Source: Vitrella brassicaformis CCMP3155 (lineage: Eukaryota > Protista > Chromerida). Taken from it: 64,000 bases of DNA. The stretch is from positions 1-64,000 of the forward strand of contig CDMY01000238.1 of NCBI GenBank assembly GCA_001179505.1, written 5' to 3'. Positions 13,501 to 25,414 of the stretch are shown here, one piece after another. Position 1 is the stretch's first letter. The number at the start of each line of letters is the position of its first letter. The position numbers were made by a program, and so were the translations under genes. The notes under the pieces were generated by a model, which ran no database searches, was not told the origin of the DNA, and saw only the letters and a list, made by a program, of their open reading frames with translations.

Positions 13501-13852
13501 GTGCACTGCTGCCGTGTGTGTGTGGTGTCACGCAGTGCCCAAGAGCTTGGACCCCTCTGCTGCTGCCGAGCGCATTCGCGACGGCATCTCATCCATTGTG
13601 GATGGCGTGCGGGGCCTCCGGCTTTTGACGCTTGATGTTGATATGTGGGGCAGTGAAGCCACTCGCGCTGCTGTTGAGCAGCTGCTACCCGACACACAAG
13701 TCGGCACCAACTGCATCATCACAACACATTGGGACAGGCTCAAGGAGGATCGCATCGTGATTACGTGTCGCTCTAGAGGGTGGGTGGGAGGAGAGAGAGA
13801 GCAATGTATGCATCACCCTCATACTGTGTATGTGTGTATGTCGTCAGCCTGA
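10513..13852 (+). pseudogene. Family copy 3 (type A) with a triplicated C-terminal exon-intron unit; frameshifted
   Basis: Same exon structure as copy 1. A frameshift near 12060 looks like a 5-nt slip in a ccgcc repeat compared with copy 2 (PNTPSPRPAII). The unit 'DGWS..FPSI.N....LSG|intron|VP.ELDPSAAAERIRDG' recurs at donors ~12428, ~12944 and ~13459. The paralogous stop cgctctTAG has become cgctctAG, extending the frame to 13852. Confidence 0.7.
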
Positions 13853-15600
13853 GGCTGTCTGTCGAGCGCACATAGGAAGACACCACCGTACGTAGCTTTG
13901 CCGCCGACCCTTGTTTGGTGTCCGGCTGGCTGTATGGACGGACGGATGAGTGGATGGATGTTCTCCCCTGTGTGTGTGCCGGCTGATGCGGCCTGTCCAT
14001 CCCACACACACCACAAGACACAATACACTAACACACTCGCGTTGTGGGCTAATAGACACATTGTGTGAGGGCAGAGAAGCGGTCTCTCGACTGCCGTCGC
14101 TTTCTGTGTGCGTGGGAGGGGGTGCATTATTTGTTAGTGGTATGCACACACGGATGATATGAGGCATCCAAAGTGAATGCCTCCATTCAGATTTGTATTT
14201 TTGTGTGTGTCTGTGTAAGGTGTGTCGAATGAATGATGGACACGCGGACGCGTTTATCTATCGACCAGCTGACTTCCGTCCGTACAGCTGTGCATGTCTG
14301 TCTGTGTGTGTCTATTCTATCTATGCGAAGCTGTGCAGACCCACCGACCCACTCATTTGCGTCAGTCATCCAGCCATTCATCTCATCTCGCGTACCGAAC
14401 CAGTCTATCTCCGACACATACTCACCGAGAGAAGCGTCCATTCCATACACGGACACACACACATACTTACAGCCAGCAGGTGGGCGGGGGAGGGGTACGT
14501 GAGTCGGGCTGCATAGAGGTGCAGCTGTGCACCTCCACACCAACACAGAGAATCGCCATTAATACGTACACGTGCAATGTCTGTCCATCCAAAACCGACA
14601 AACGAACCAACAATCGAAATGAACCTCTCCACTGTCCCTCCATCCATCCATCCCTCCCTCCCTCCCTCGTGTGTCTGTCCGTCTGCTGGTTGGCCTGGCT
14701 CCACCGGGCGTGTGCCCTTGATGACCCCACGCATCTTGGGCCGACAGACAGGCCCACAGGTAGACAGAGATGGTCGGCCGACCTTCCACATCGACGTTGC
14801 TGACTGATAGATCCTCGATCTCCACAGCGCTCCGGCTCGTGATCCTTTCACTCCCTCGTGACACTGCGAGCTATTAGTCGACCCGACTGGCGAGGGGAAA
14901 CAAGCGAAAACAGCGCAAGATGGAGCGTGAGAGGCGGCCTTATCTATCGCTCTGCCCATACTGGCGATTATAGCGTGGCGTCGATGAGTCATTCCATCCT
15001 TTGATCTCGAAGACGCGTCGCCCCGTCACAGGCTGGGACGCTGGCTAAAGAGGCGCACTTGGATGCAGGCAACGTAGCATGCAGCAACCTTTGCTGCGGT
15101 TTACACATTGTGATGGATGTCACGCTCATAGATATCTTACATATGTTGTGTATATCGCAGCCAGCGGTCAGTGGTGTATATATATACATGTTAATGGTGC
15201 ACAGATATGGGAGGGACGACTCGTGTGCCGTGCTGTGCCGTTTATGTGTGAACGCCATGAGACCACTGACTTGCCGTGACCTATTTTTGGTGCATTCCAA
15301 TGTGGTGACTCACCCACTCATCGTAACGCCGCGGCGCTCTCCACACACTCACACACGCACACACACAAAGTGTCTGTCAGCCCACAACGCGAGTGTGTTA
15401 GTGTATTGTGTCTTGTGGTGTGTGGGATGGACAGGCCGCATCAGCCAGTACACACACAGCGGAGAACATCCACCCATCCATCCAGCCAGCCAGCCATCCA
15501 TCCAGCCAGCCAGCCAGGCACCAAACAAGGGTCGGCGGCAAAGCGACGTACGGTGCTGTCTTCGTGTGTGCGCTCGGCAGACAGCCTCAGGGTGACGACA
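13850..15600. repeat. Homologous 3'-flank blocks of the family (~13850-14060 minus, ~15370-15600 plus; another copy ~6960-7140) forming an inverted pair between convergent copies 3 and 4
   Basis: Shared text gtattgtgtcttgtggtgtgt..gggatggacaggccgcatcagcc..caccaaacaagggtcggcggcaaagc..acgtacggtg..gcgctcg.cagacagcctcag occurs in opposite orientations. Confidence 0.8.
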
Positions 15601-16071
15601 CACCCACACACGCCCACACACACAGACGCACACCCACACACACACACACACACCAGCATGGCAGCGATAGGCAGCACTTCAGCACCACCAACACACAATC
15701 ACAGCCCCCATGATGGCATACGTGTGACACAACTGCTCAAGCAGTTGCCGACCAGAAGGGCGGCGGAATGACTCAGCCGCACACACCTGTCCGCCGCAGT
15801 CATGGGCAAACACAGCCGCCAGGCAGACAACGGCATACCAGGTCTCCGTCCATCCATCCATCCATCCATCCACGAAGCGGCCATGCGACAGACACACCAT
15901 TACACCCACCCTCCCTCCCTCCCTCCCTCTCTGTCTACGGGGTGTGAGTGCTACGGTAGGATGCTGTTGTGTCATGTTGTATGCTCTCGACGCACAGCCT
16001 GACCACACATCAGCACACACACATTATGTGAAGGCAATGATTCATTGCTCTGCCTGTTCGTCGCTCACCCT

Positions 16072-19016
16072 CTAAGAGCGACGAGTTGCAGTCAGGCGAG
16101 TCCCCCACCATGCCGTGCCCGTGTCGATGGTGAAGTTGTCGCCGACCTCCGTGCCGGTTGGGAGGAGCTGCCGAATGGAAGCGCGGAAGGCTCCGCTGGC
16201 ACACACATCCACCGTCAAACGCTCCAGGCCCCGCACGCCACCGACGATGGACGAGATGCCGTCGCGGATGCGCTCGGCAGCAGCAGAGGGCTCCAACTCG
16301 TCGGGCACTGAGGAAGGAACAACACACACAGCAGCAATGCACACACACAAGATGAGCCAGCCAGTATCCTTTGTTGCAGAATATTGCCTACATGACAACC
16401 CCATGTCTATGTGGCCAATCGATGGGAAGCTATCCGATCGCCAGCCGTCCAATGGACCCTCAGTGAGACTGACCGAAGGCCCCCGTAGGCCCACATCAAC
16501 AGTGCCCACTTCCCTCTCCGCGCCCATCGCCTCCAGCACGGCCCTGCGGTCCTCTGCCCTCACACCTCGGCCGAACTCCACCCTCACGACCTCTCTGCGC
16601 ATCTTCTCTGCCAGAAGCTGACCCGCAGGGCCGCCAACAGCACTGGTGACCTCTAGCTCTCGGGCTCTTGGGAACGGCTGCAGGTACTCGATGATGGCGG
16701 GGTGGGGTGAGGGGGCGCCAGGGGCGGGGTCGAAGCCATAGGCTTTGAAGACACACACCGACTGCACGTTGTCGAATGTGAGTGTCTTGGCGATGTCGAT
16801 GGCCGCCTGGCTGAGGCTGTCGATGGGGTGGGTGAGGTCATGCTGGCTGATGGTGTAGGTGATCTGTCTCGCCTGCCGGACCAGTGTCTGGATGGCCATC
16901 TGGAAGAAGCGAGATGGGTGGGAGGGGAATCTGTCGGCATTGAAGAGGGACAGGTCGAAGCGGTGCTGCTCGGACAGCTCGAAGGCCCCCGGTGTCGACA
17001 TCACGGTGATGCGCGCGTCGGGCGTGCAGCATTCCTTGACGAGGCTGTCGACTGCGAGCAGGGAGTCGATGGCCGTGTGGTCGCCGAGCGGTGGCATCTG
17101 CACGTGGAGCTCTGTAAGCGACTTGTGGCAGCCGCGGGATGTGAGCACATCCTACAACACAAAAAACACAAAGACGTGACGAGCGTGCCCACAGGGACGT
17201 ATGCGGCCTCTCTTGTGTGTGATGGCTGCCTAACTTGAGCCGCTCAACTCCCGCCTGGTACTCCTGATGTGTCTGTCCATCCCGATGCTTAATCACTCCG
17301 ATGCTCTGCAGCTGACTCAGCGGCCCCGGCTGCCCAGCCGCTGCCTCGGGGATGTGCTCGAACACACTGGCCCACCGCTCACCCAGCCAACGGCCGCCCA
17401 CGTGCTGGAGCGACCGTGACGAGCTGACAAACCTGCCCAACTTGCGCACCCTCCACCCCTTCTGCTCCACTGTCTCGACTGACGGCATCAGCCACCCTCT
17501 GTCGGCCAGGTCACCGTGCTGGTGGACGGCTCCGGTGATGGCCTTGAGTGAGGGGAGGGTGGGGGCCTCGGTGAGGGGAGGTGGGAGAGGGAGATCGTCA
17601 CGTTCCAGCTCACAGCCCTCCGCCTCACTCATCCGCACCTCTTCGAATGCGATGGTCTCCAGCCGGCTGGCCGACTGTCGCACCTCGGAGGGCCTCTGAG
17701 GGGCTTCTCCCTGTGTGCCGGGCTGGTCGGTGGCGGGGGGCGGCTGAGTGGGGGCGGGCGGGGCGGCTGTGGTCTCAATGATGGTCACCAACACGTCACC
17801 GCACCACATGGGGTGATCCTCAGGGTGGCAGAGGGTGATGTGAGTGAGGCCGGTGAGCCGTGCCGCCATCCGCTTGACGTCATCAAGAGGGATCTTCTGC
17901 CAAAAAGTGCGGCCCTCGGTCGGCGATCGCCAGCAGTGCTCGTCGCCTTTGGTGGCACAGTCGATGAAGAGTCGTGTGTGGCTTGGGGCCGCCTGTTCCC
18001 ACATCTGCTTGGTGCTCTTGGCCAGCCGCTGGGAGAGGGGGACGAGCACATGAAGGGGCAGACACTCCATCACCAACGAACAAATCTGCACAACTCACAA
18101 ACAGGGAGAGCGTCAGGAGTGAGTCTGTCTGTCATTCACCGCAGATCCCCTCTGGCTGGTCTCACCGTGTCTATGCGCTGCTGCTGCTCTCTGTTGCTGT
18201 CCTCCACAGCACCACCACCATCACCAGCACCAGCCGGGCTGCCAACCACACGTAGTCGCTTGTTGCCATCACCAACACAAACCTGCACAGACACAGACAT
18301 GGGCTGGTCCATGTGTGTGTGTGTGAGTGTGTGTGTGGGCGTACGGCTTTGCAAAAGTGCTGTGCTTCTGTGTTGGTCTCATCCGAACTCACAGCAGCGC
18401 CGCCCACGCGATGAATGCGCCGAAACAACCTGCCGTCGCCATCAGAAGCCTGACCACACACACACCAAGCTCTCCTCTGGACGTGTGTCTGCTGATGTGC
18501 GTACCTGTTGCTGATGCGGCGGTGTGTGGGTCTGATTGTGCGGGACGACCTTCTGGAACGGCTCCCGCACCCCGTTGACCGCCTCCACCGCCCTCAGGTA
18601 CACCACTGTCCCTCCCTCGGTCGGCTGCACGCGATACACCTCGGCCAGCGCCATGCCCCTCTTCTGGACAGTCGACACCATCCACAGCCGAGTGCCTTCC
18701 TCGTAACTCTGAGGGCCACGGCGGGACACCAGCTGCACAACACACACAGACAGAGGCGACGGAGGAATGAGTGTGTCTGTCAGTCATTCGCTGCAGATCC
18801 CCTCTGGCCGGCCTCACCTCTTCTGTGCGCTCTTGGAGTTCTTCATCGCTGGCCGCTACACCATCCGCCTCCACATCACCTGAAGCAGCACCAGCAGCAG
18901 CAGCCGAAGCCGAAGCACCCCTCTGCCGCTGAGAAACAAGCAGCAACAGGCAATAGGACAATCATCACTCCGCTGCAGCCGACTTGCGTCACCTGCGCGG
19001 TTTCCCTCTCAGACAT
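16072..19016 (-). CDS. Family copy 4 (type B); one canonical splice donor is mutated
   Basis: MSERETAQ|..ASDEELQERTEE|LVSRRGPQSYEEG..|..ICSLVMECLPLHVL..; closely similar to copy 2. At 17233 the donor is AAG|TTAGGC where paralogs have CAG|GTAA. A phase-0 GT 15 nt upstream could rescue the frame. Confidence 0.7.
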
Positions 19017-20567
19017 GATCTCTCTCTGTGCGATGAATGGCTAAGTCGTCTGGACCATCTCGACTCGACAGCCGCTGCCGTGCAGCACACCCGCCATCCG
19101 TCAAGCCATGAGGGGGTCATCCATCCATCCGTGGCTTACCGGCGAAAGGCTCTCGTCGTTGAGGCTTCTTATCGACGAAATGCGCTAACCACAGCACTCA
19201 CGCTGCTCACGTGAGCACAACCAGCTGTAGAACACGCTGACTCCTCCCTCTCAACGCGAGCTGTGGCGATGGCTGGCGATCCATCGCAGGACTGCCGCAG
19301 ATGGATAGAATGTGGTGCCGCCCAGCTCATGTGTGCTTGTTGTGCCGCTGTGTCTGCTGTGTTGCTGCAGATCTCTTCATTCATCTCACCACNNNNNNNN
19401 NNNNNNNNNNNNNNNNNNNNNNNNNNNNNNNNNNNNNNNNNNNNNNNNNNNNNNNNNNNNNNNNNNNNNNNNNNNNNNNNNNNNNNNNNNNNNNNNNNNN
19501 NNNNNNNNNNNNNNNNNNNNNNNNNNNNNNNNNNNNNNNNNNNNNNNNNNNNNNNNNNNNNNNNNNNNNNNNNNNNNNNNNNNNNNNNNNNNNNNNNNNN
19601 NNNNNNNNNNNNNNNNNNNNNNNNNNNNNNNNNNNNNNNNNNNNNNNNNNNNNNNNNNNNNNNNNNNNNNNNNNNNNNNNNNNNNNNNNNNNTACGGTGT
19701 GTGGGTCTGATTGTGCGGGACGACCTTCTGGAACGGCTCCCGCACCCCGTTGACCGCCTCCACCGCCCTCAGGTACACCACTGTCCCTCCCTCGGTCGGC
19801 TGCACGCGATACACCTCGGCCAGCGCCATGCCCCTCTTCTGGACAGTCGACACCATCCACAGCCGAGTGCCTTCCTCGTAACTCTGAGGGCCACGGCGGG
19901 ACACCAGCTGCACAACACACACAGACAGAGGCGACGGAGGAATGAGTGTGTCTGTCAGTCATTCGCTGCAGATCCCCTCTGGCCGGCCTCACCTCTTCTG
20001 TGCGCTCTTGGAGTTCTTCATCGCTGGCCGCTACACCATCCGCCTCCACATCACCTGAAGCAGCACCAGCAGCAGCAGCCGAAGCCGAAGCACCCCTCTG
20101 CCGCTGAGAAACAAGCAGCAACAGGCAATAGGACAATCATCACTCCGCTGCAGCCGACTTGCGTCACCTGCGCGGTTTCCCTCTCAGACATGATCTCTCT
20201 CTGTGCGATGAATGGCTAAGTCGTCTGGACCATCTCGACTCGACAGCCGCTGCCGTGCAGCACACCCGCCATCCGTCAAGCCATGAGGGGGTCATCCATC
20301 CATCCGTGGCTTACCGGCGAAAGGCTCTCGTCGTTGAGGCTTCTTATCGACGAAATGCGCTAACCACAGCACTCACGCTGCTCACGTGAGCACAACCAGC
20401 TGTAGAACACGCTGACTCCTCCCTCTCAACGCGAGCTGTGGCGATGGCTGGCGATCCATCGCAGGACTGCCGCAGATGGATAGAATGTGGTGCCGCCCAG
20501 CTCATGTGTGCTTGTTGTGCCGCTGTGTCTGCTGTGTTGCTGCAGATCTCTTCATTCATCTCACCAC
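18520..20567. other. ~875-bp apparently identical duplication (18520-19392 = 19695-20567) flanking a 300-N gap (19393-19692); probable assembly artefact
   Basis: The ORF track gives identical peptides at a constant 1175-nt offset on both sides of the gap. Confidence 0.85.
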
Positions 20568-20858
20568 AAGGCAAGACCTCGGTGGACATGGTTCTGGTGG
20601 TGACAAGGCAAGTGCCCGACGATCCACTGACGCTCGAGAGGAGGGAGAGAGCGGAAGGGGGGGAAAGGGGCGGAGCGGAAATTCCATCATCCGTTCTGTT
20701 GCGTGCGTGTGTTTCAGTTGCGGGAGCCTCATTTCGTTTCGTCTCCACGACAAAACGGTCAGGCAGGAAATCCGACGACACACGACAGACAGGGGCGAAA
20801 GCAGCCAGGAGCGCAGGAAGGTTATCGTTGTTTCGCCGAGCGTTTTTTCACAAGGCAG

Positions 20859-23800
20859 ATGGCGCTTGAAGAGAGCACAATTGCGCCACACACGGAGGTG
20901 CCGTCGAAGTCCCAGCTATGTCAAGATCTGCGGCTCACGGAGACGGAGGAGTCGCTGTTCGAGCTGCTGCTCAATGCGGTTGAGGACAAGGGTCTTGACA
21001 CCACACTGCGTGTGGCGGGCGGCTGGGTGCGGGACAAGCTGCTGCACTTGGGGAACACCGCCTCGCACGACATCGACATTTCTGTGGAGGGAATGCTGGG
21101 GCGGCACTTCGCCGAGCACCTCAATGAGTGAGTGAGCGAGGGAGTAGTGGACGCACTCCTGGAAGGGCCGCCGTCAGTGGATGTGTGTGTGTACACGTGC
21201 AGCTGGTTAAAGACCCGTGGGCTCCCGCCCCGCAAGATAGGTGTGATGGCGGCGAACCCCGAGGAGTCGAATAAGCCTGAGAGGGCGACGCTCAGGCTGA
21301 AGGGTGTACAGGTGGATTTCGTCAACCTGCGGACCGACTTCTGCACGGAGGACTCGGGGATGCCGACGATCTACCAGACAGGCAAACCTGGGGGAGCTTC
21401 TGTCGCCTGTGTGGTAGACGCCTATCGTCGGGACTTGACGATCAATGCCCTCTTCTACAACCTGCACGAGAAGAAAGTGGAAGACTTCACCGGTCGATCT
21501 GTGGAAAGAGTGACGGACAGAGAGACGAGCCGCTGACTGATCCGCGCTGCGCTGTGCTGCGTTGCACTGCAGGTCGTGGTATCGAGGATCTGAGAGCTGG
21601 CGTGCTGCGAACACCACTGGACCCCGTCAAAGTGCTGCTCGGAACCCCCCTGCGCGTGCTCAGAACCATCAGGTGAACGCACAGACATCTGAGGGCTGCC
21701 GCATCTGAGTCACCCGGCACATGTGTTTTGATCGGGCTTTGCAGATTTGCGTCTCGTTTCAATTTTCGCATCTCGCCTGAGCTCGAGACAGCGTGCCGCG
21801 ATGCGCGGGTACACCAAGCGCTCGCAGACAAGGTGGTGACCAACTGCACACACGCACATCGCACATGACTGATCGGGGGCACACGCTGTCTGTCTGTCTG
21901 CAGGTCCCCCGAGAGCGCATAGGTGCCGAGCTGGACAAGATGATGAGCTGCAGCGACCCTGTTCAGTGTCCCTGGCAGCTGCTCACTTCCTTCGGACTGG
22001 CCCCCGTCCACTTCCTGCAGCCAGAGGTGCTCGACCGCTACGTGAGGTCCTCAAAGTCGCCCAACGAGATGTGTGTTGACGGGATCCTCAGGGACGGCCT
22101 GATGACCGTCAAGAATCTGCACAGTGTGATGAAACAGTATGCCATCAACAACGCACACTCGACGTGCTTCCGGGCACAATAAGGGGGATTGTGTTGTGTG
22201 TGTGCGTGGGATTGTAGGTCTGTTGAGCAGTGGGGTCCTGATGAGAAGAAACTGATGAGCTACGCGGCATTCCACGCGCCGCTCGCCGGTCCGAACACAC
22301 AGAGAGACTCACTCACGTGAACGCACACACATCTGGAACGCACTGCTTCATCTGGACCGGTCTCTCTCTCTCTCTCTCTGTGTCTGATTTCCGTTTGCAT
22401 TTGCAGGCCTGCAGTATAAGGTTGACAATGGCAGACTCTCGCCCCTTATCAGCCACCTTCTGGGCAGCCGTCTCAAGCTTCCAAGACAGGTCGCACAGGG
22501 GTGAGAGGCTGAGCAGACTACGACAGACCGAGCAAGACACAGCACCTCCAGCTGCTTCCTTTCTTGTCGTGTCCTCAGCGTGGCTCTCATCTTGTCGACA
22601 GCTCTCGAGTTCCAGCGACTCGTCGGGGAGTGGGCCGAAGGGGCCGTCCCGCCGCCTCCAAAGACCGACGGAGCCGCCCGATCTTCTGCTGCGGATCACT
22701 CTGTCCATGACGCTGATAAAGCTTCCGATGCATCTCAACGGTCGCGGTACGGCAGAGTGGATCTGGGCCTCATAGTCAGGAGAGCGGGGAAACTGTGGAA
22801 GGTACACATATACACACGCAGAGCAAGCAGGCAGCACTCGCGCAACCGACCTCTTGTGTGTATTGTGTGTCCCCAGGCATCCCTGGCGGTGGCAATGGCC
22901 GGGGCCATCGGCAGAACGCCCCTCGAGTCAGCCCAGCACCTGATGTCCGGCTACAGGGCCGTTGAGGAGGCCATCGATGAGTTCGGGCTCATCGGTGTGT
23001 GGAAGCGAGATCCGCCTCTGGGGGGGAAGGCGGTCAAGGATGTGCTGCCTTGTCTGCCGACGGGGCCCGAGCTCAACGAGATAATGAAGCACGTAATGGA
23101 CGCGCAGGTGGTGTGGATGCTGGCGCACCCTGACGGCACGGCCGATGAGTGCAGGGAGTTCATCAAAAGGGAAGTCGGTCGGTTTTGCGGCGTATCACGC
23201 GCCGAGAGCCTCACGTCCTTGAGATACTACCGCTACGTCAGAGATGAGAGCCCCGATGGTCCCTCACTCTATGGCGAAATCAGCCAAAGCGGAGAGTTCA
23301 GCAGCGAAGAGATGTTCGGCCCTGTGGTGGTGTCCTTTGATATCGACGGCACCCTGGCGAACATCGAGAAGCGACTGGCGCTCAAACCGGTGAGTCTGGA
23401 TAGGACAGGCCTGTCGTGCTGCCTGTGAGTGTCGTCACTGTCACTGTGTGTGCGGTCAGGTCCCCCGAAGCGACGCGGATTGGGATGTGATACTGAGTGG
23501 CGACAACTACTACCTCGATGAGGTCAGTCAGCGACTCGTGGGCACACGAGAGACGCTCCATTCGCATGATTCACATGCCTGCCTGCCTTCTGTGCTGTCT
23601 GTCATCTTTCGCTGCGGTGCCGCGTCATCGTCACGACAGCCGATTCCTGAAGCCCGTGGTACGAGCAGACTGGCCAATGATTGATGCACCCATAGCCGAG
23701 TCTGCTGCTGTGCTCGTCTTCGTTCAGCCTTCCTGCAGCAGCTCGTCCAGCTGACCAGACACCACCCGGCCGACGGCGACCCTCCCTCGTCGCCCATCAC

Positions 23801-24305
23801 CATTGTCTATCTATCGGGCCGTCGAGCGGGCACAGAGGTGCAGACCTCGCAATGGCTGGCGGCCCACGGCTTCCCACATGGCGTGATATTCCACCGCCCC
23901 AAGGGCGTCAAGGGGGGTCTGTTCAAGGAGCGTGTGTTGAGGTGCCTCCACCAGCCGCCGAGGCGGCACGTGATGGCTCATGTGGGCGACCGGCCGATGG
24001 AGGATGCTCTGGCCGCTGTCAAGACAGGTCGGTGGGCACACACACACACACACACACATGTACGCAGACAGCTGGATGTGTGCGCGGCTTCTGTTGCGTG
24101 CGCGGCAGGGGTGCGGCCCGTCTTGATTGCTCCGAACGAGTGGACGGGCAAGGCCCATTCGGCGTCTCAGGAGTGCGATCGGCCGGCTGGATGGGTGGCG
24201 ACATCGACGCTCGAGAGCATCGTGGACGACGAGAGCCGTGAGGGCAAGCAGCCGTCGATGAGCTCGCGCGAGGTGGCCGAGGGGCACTCTCTGCTGCGCA
24301 TCTAG
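20859..24305 (+). CDS. Class II (CCA-type) tRNA nucleotidyltransferase-like protein fused to a C-terminal HAD phosphatase domain
   Basis: NTase motifs: LRVAGGWVRDKLL..HDIDIS (A), VDFVNLR, RRDLTINALFYN (B), GIEDLRAGVLRTPLDP, PLRVLRTIRFASRF, VPRERIGAELDKM, and C-terminal WMLAHP..ADECREFI. The same open frame continues into FDIDGTLA (HAD I), then spliced YLSGR (II), FKE (III) and VGDRPMED (IV). Confidence 0.9.
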
Positions 24306-25362
24306 CGCCGCCATCGGCGTTCCCGGCAGATTTGTTGGATGCCTGCATCACGGCACACAGACAACAGGAGGGAATCGGTTCAGATGTTCATCGTCACATT
24401 GTGGTGTGAATGGCTTGTGCTTCCGCCGTACCAATGTGACGTCGGTCGCGGGCGAGAACGCATCCAGAGGAGGAGATAGATGCCCAGCAGCCGCTTGAGG
24501 GTCCGTTGCATGTGCACCTAAAGGGCGACGCGCATGAAACAACCAAGTGCGTCGACTGCACAGTGGCTGCCTGAGCTGGTTCACTGAGGTTACCTGCTTG
24601 AGCGTACTGGGGTGTCATCTGGGGATGGATCAGGCTGGTCACTGACATAGTTGACGAACAAAAGCTGCCCTTGCTGTGCAGCGATGATGGACCAACGAAG
24701 CCACCTCCTGCAAACAGAGATGCGTGCATGAGGGCGCTGTCTGCACACTCGTCTGGGTCGCCTATTCGTTACCTGTGAGTGGATGTGGGTTGCCTCGCTG
24801 TCCTACTTCCTGGTCGCCGCTTTGGCGTGGATCAAAACCCGAAACACCATCATGACCGACATGTCCGTGTGGATTCGCGGCCGGCAGAGGCCCTCCGAAA
24901 GGCTGGAGGGCACAACACAGGCAGACATACAGACAGGAATGATGGGTAAGTCCCTGTCGACAGCCCGATGCTGCTCACCAGCATTGACGGTGAAGCAGTT
25001 GGACCAGTGGGATCAGTGGACGCGCACACAAGGCCTGCGTACGTACATTCACGACCTGCAGGAGCGTCTTTCATCTTGCCCGCATGCCTGCATGACCCAC
25101 CTGTATGTCTGCAACGCTGCCGATGACGGACGTCGTCCTCCGAACACTTGTTCGGGCGCTACTCGGCGTGAGTAGCTCACAATCGCAAACAAAATGCCTA
25201 TCACTCATCATGATAGGAAATCCTAACAGGCCTTGATTAGGCGAAATCGGGCACGACTTCACATGATAGATCTGACACAAAAATGACTGCGTGGGACGTC
25301 TGTGGTAACGAATTAAGCAAGCCACATGCAGATCAACAGATTCTGTGACACTCATCGCTCAC

Positions 25363-25414
25363 TAGGGTTTAGGGTTCAGGGTTCGAGCCCCGAGTCAGCA
25401 CTGATCCCTAAACC
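25363..25414. repeat. Interstitial telomere-like repeats (TAGGG-TTTAGGG-TTCAGGG) followed by an inverted CCCTAAACC
   Basis: tagggtttagggttcagggttc at 25363-25384 and ccctaaacc at 25406-25414. Confidence 0.5.

Noticed and set aside
18520-20567. Apparent sixth family copy or recent tandem duplication
   Set aside because: The two copies appear identical and directly flank a fixed-size 300-N gap, the typical signature of unmerged overlapping contigs.
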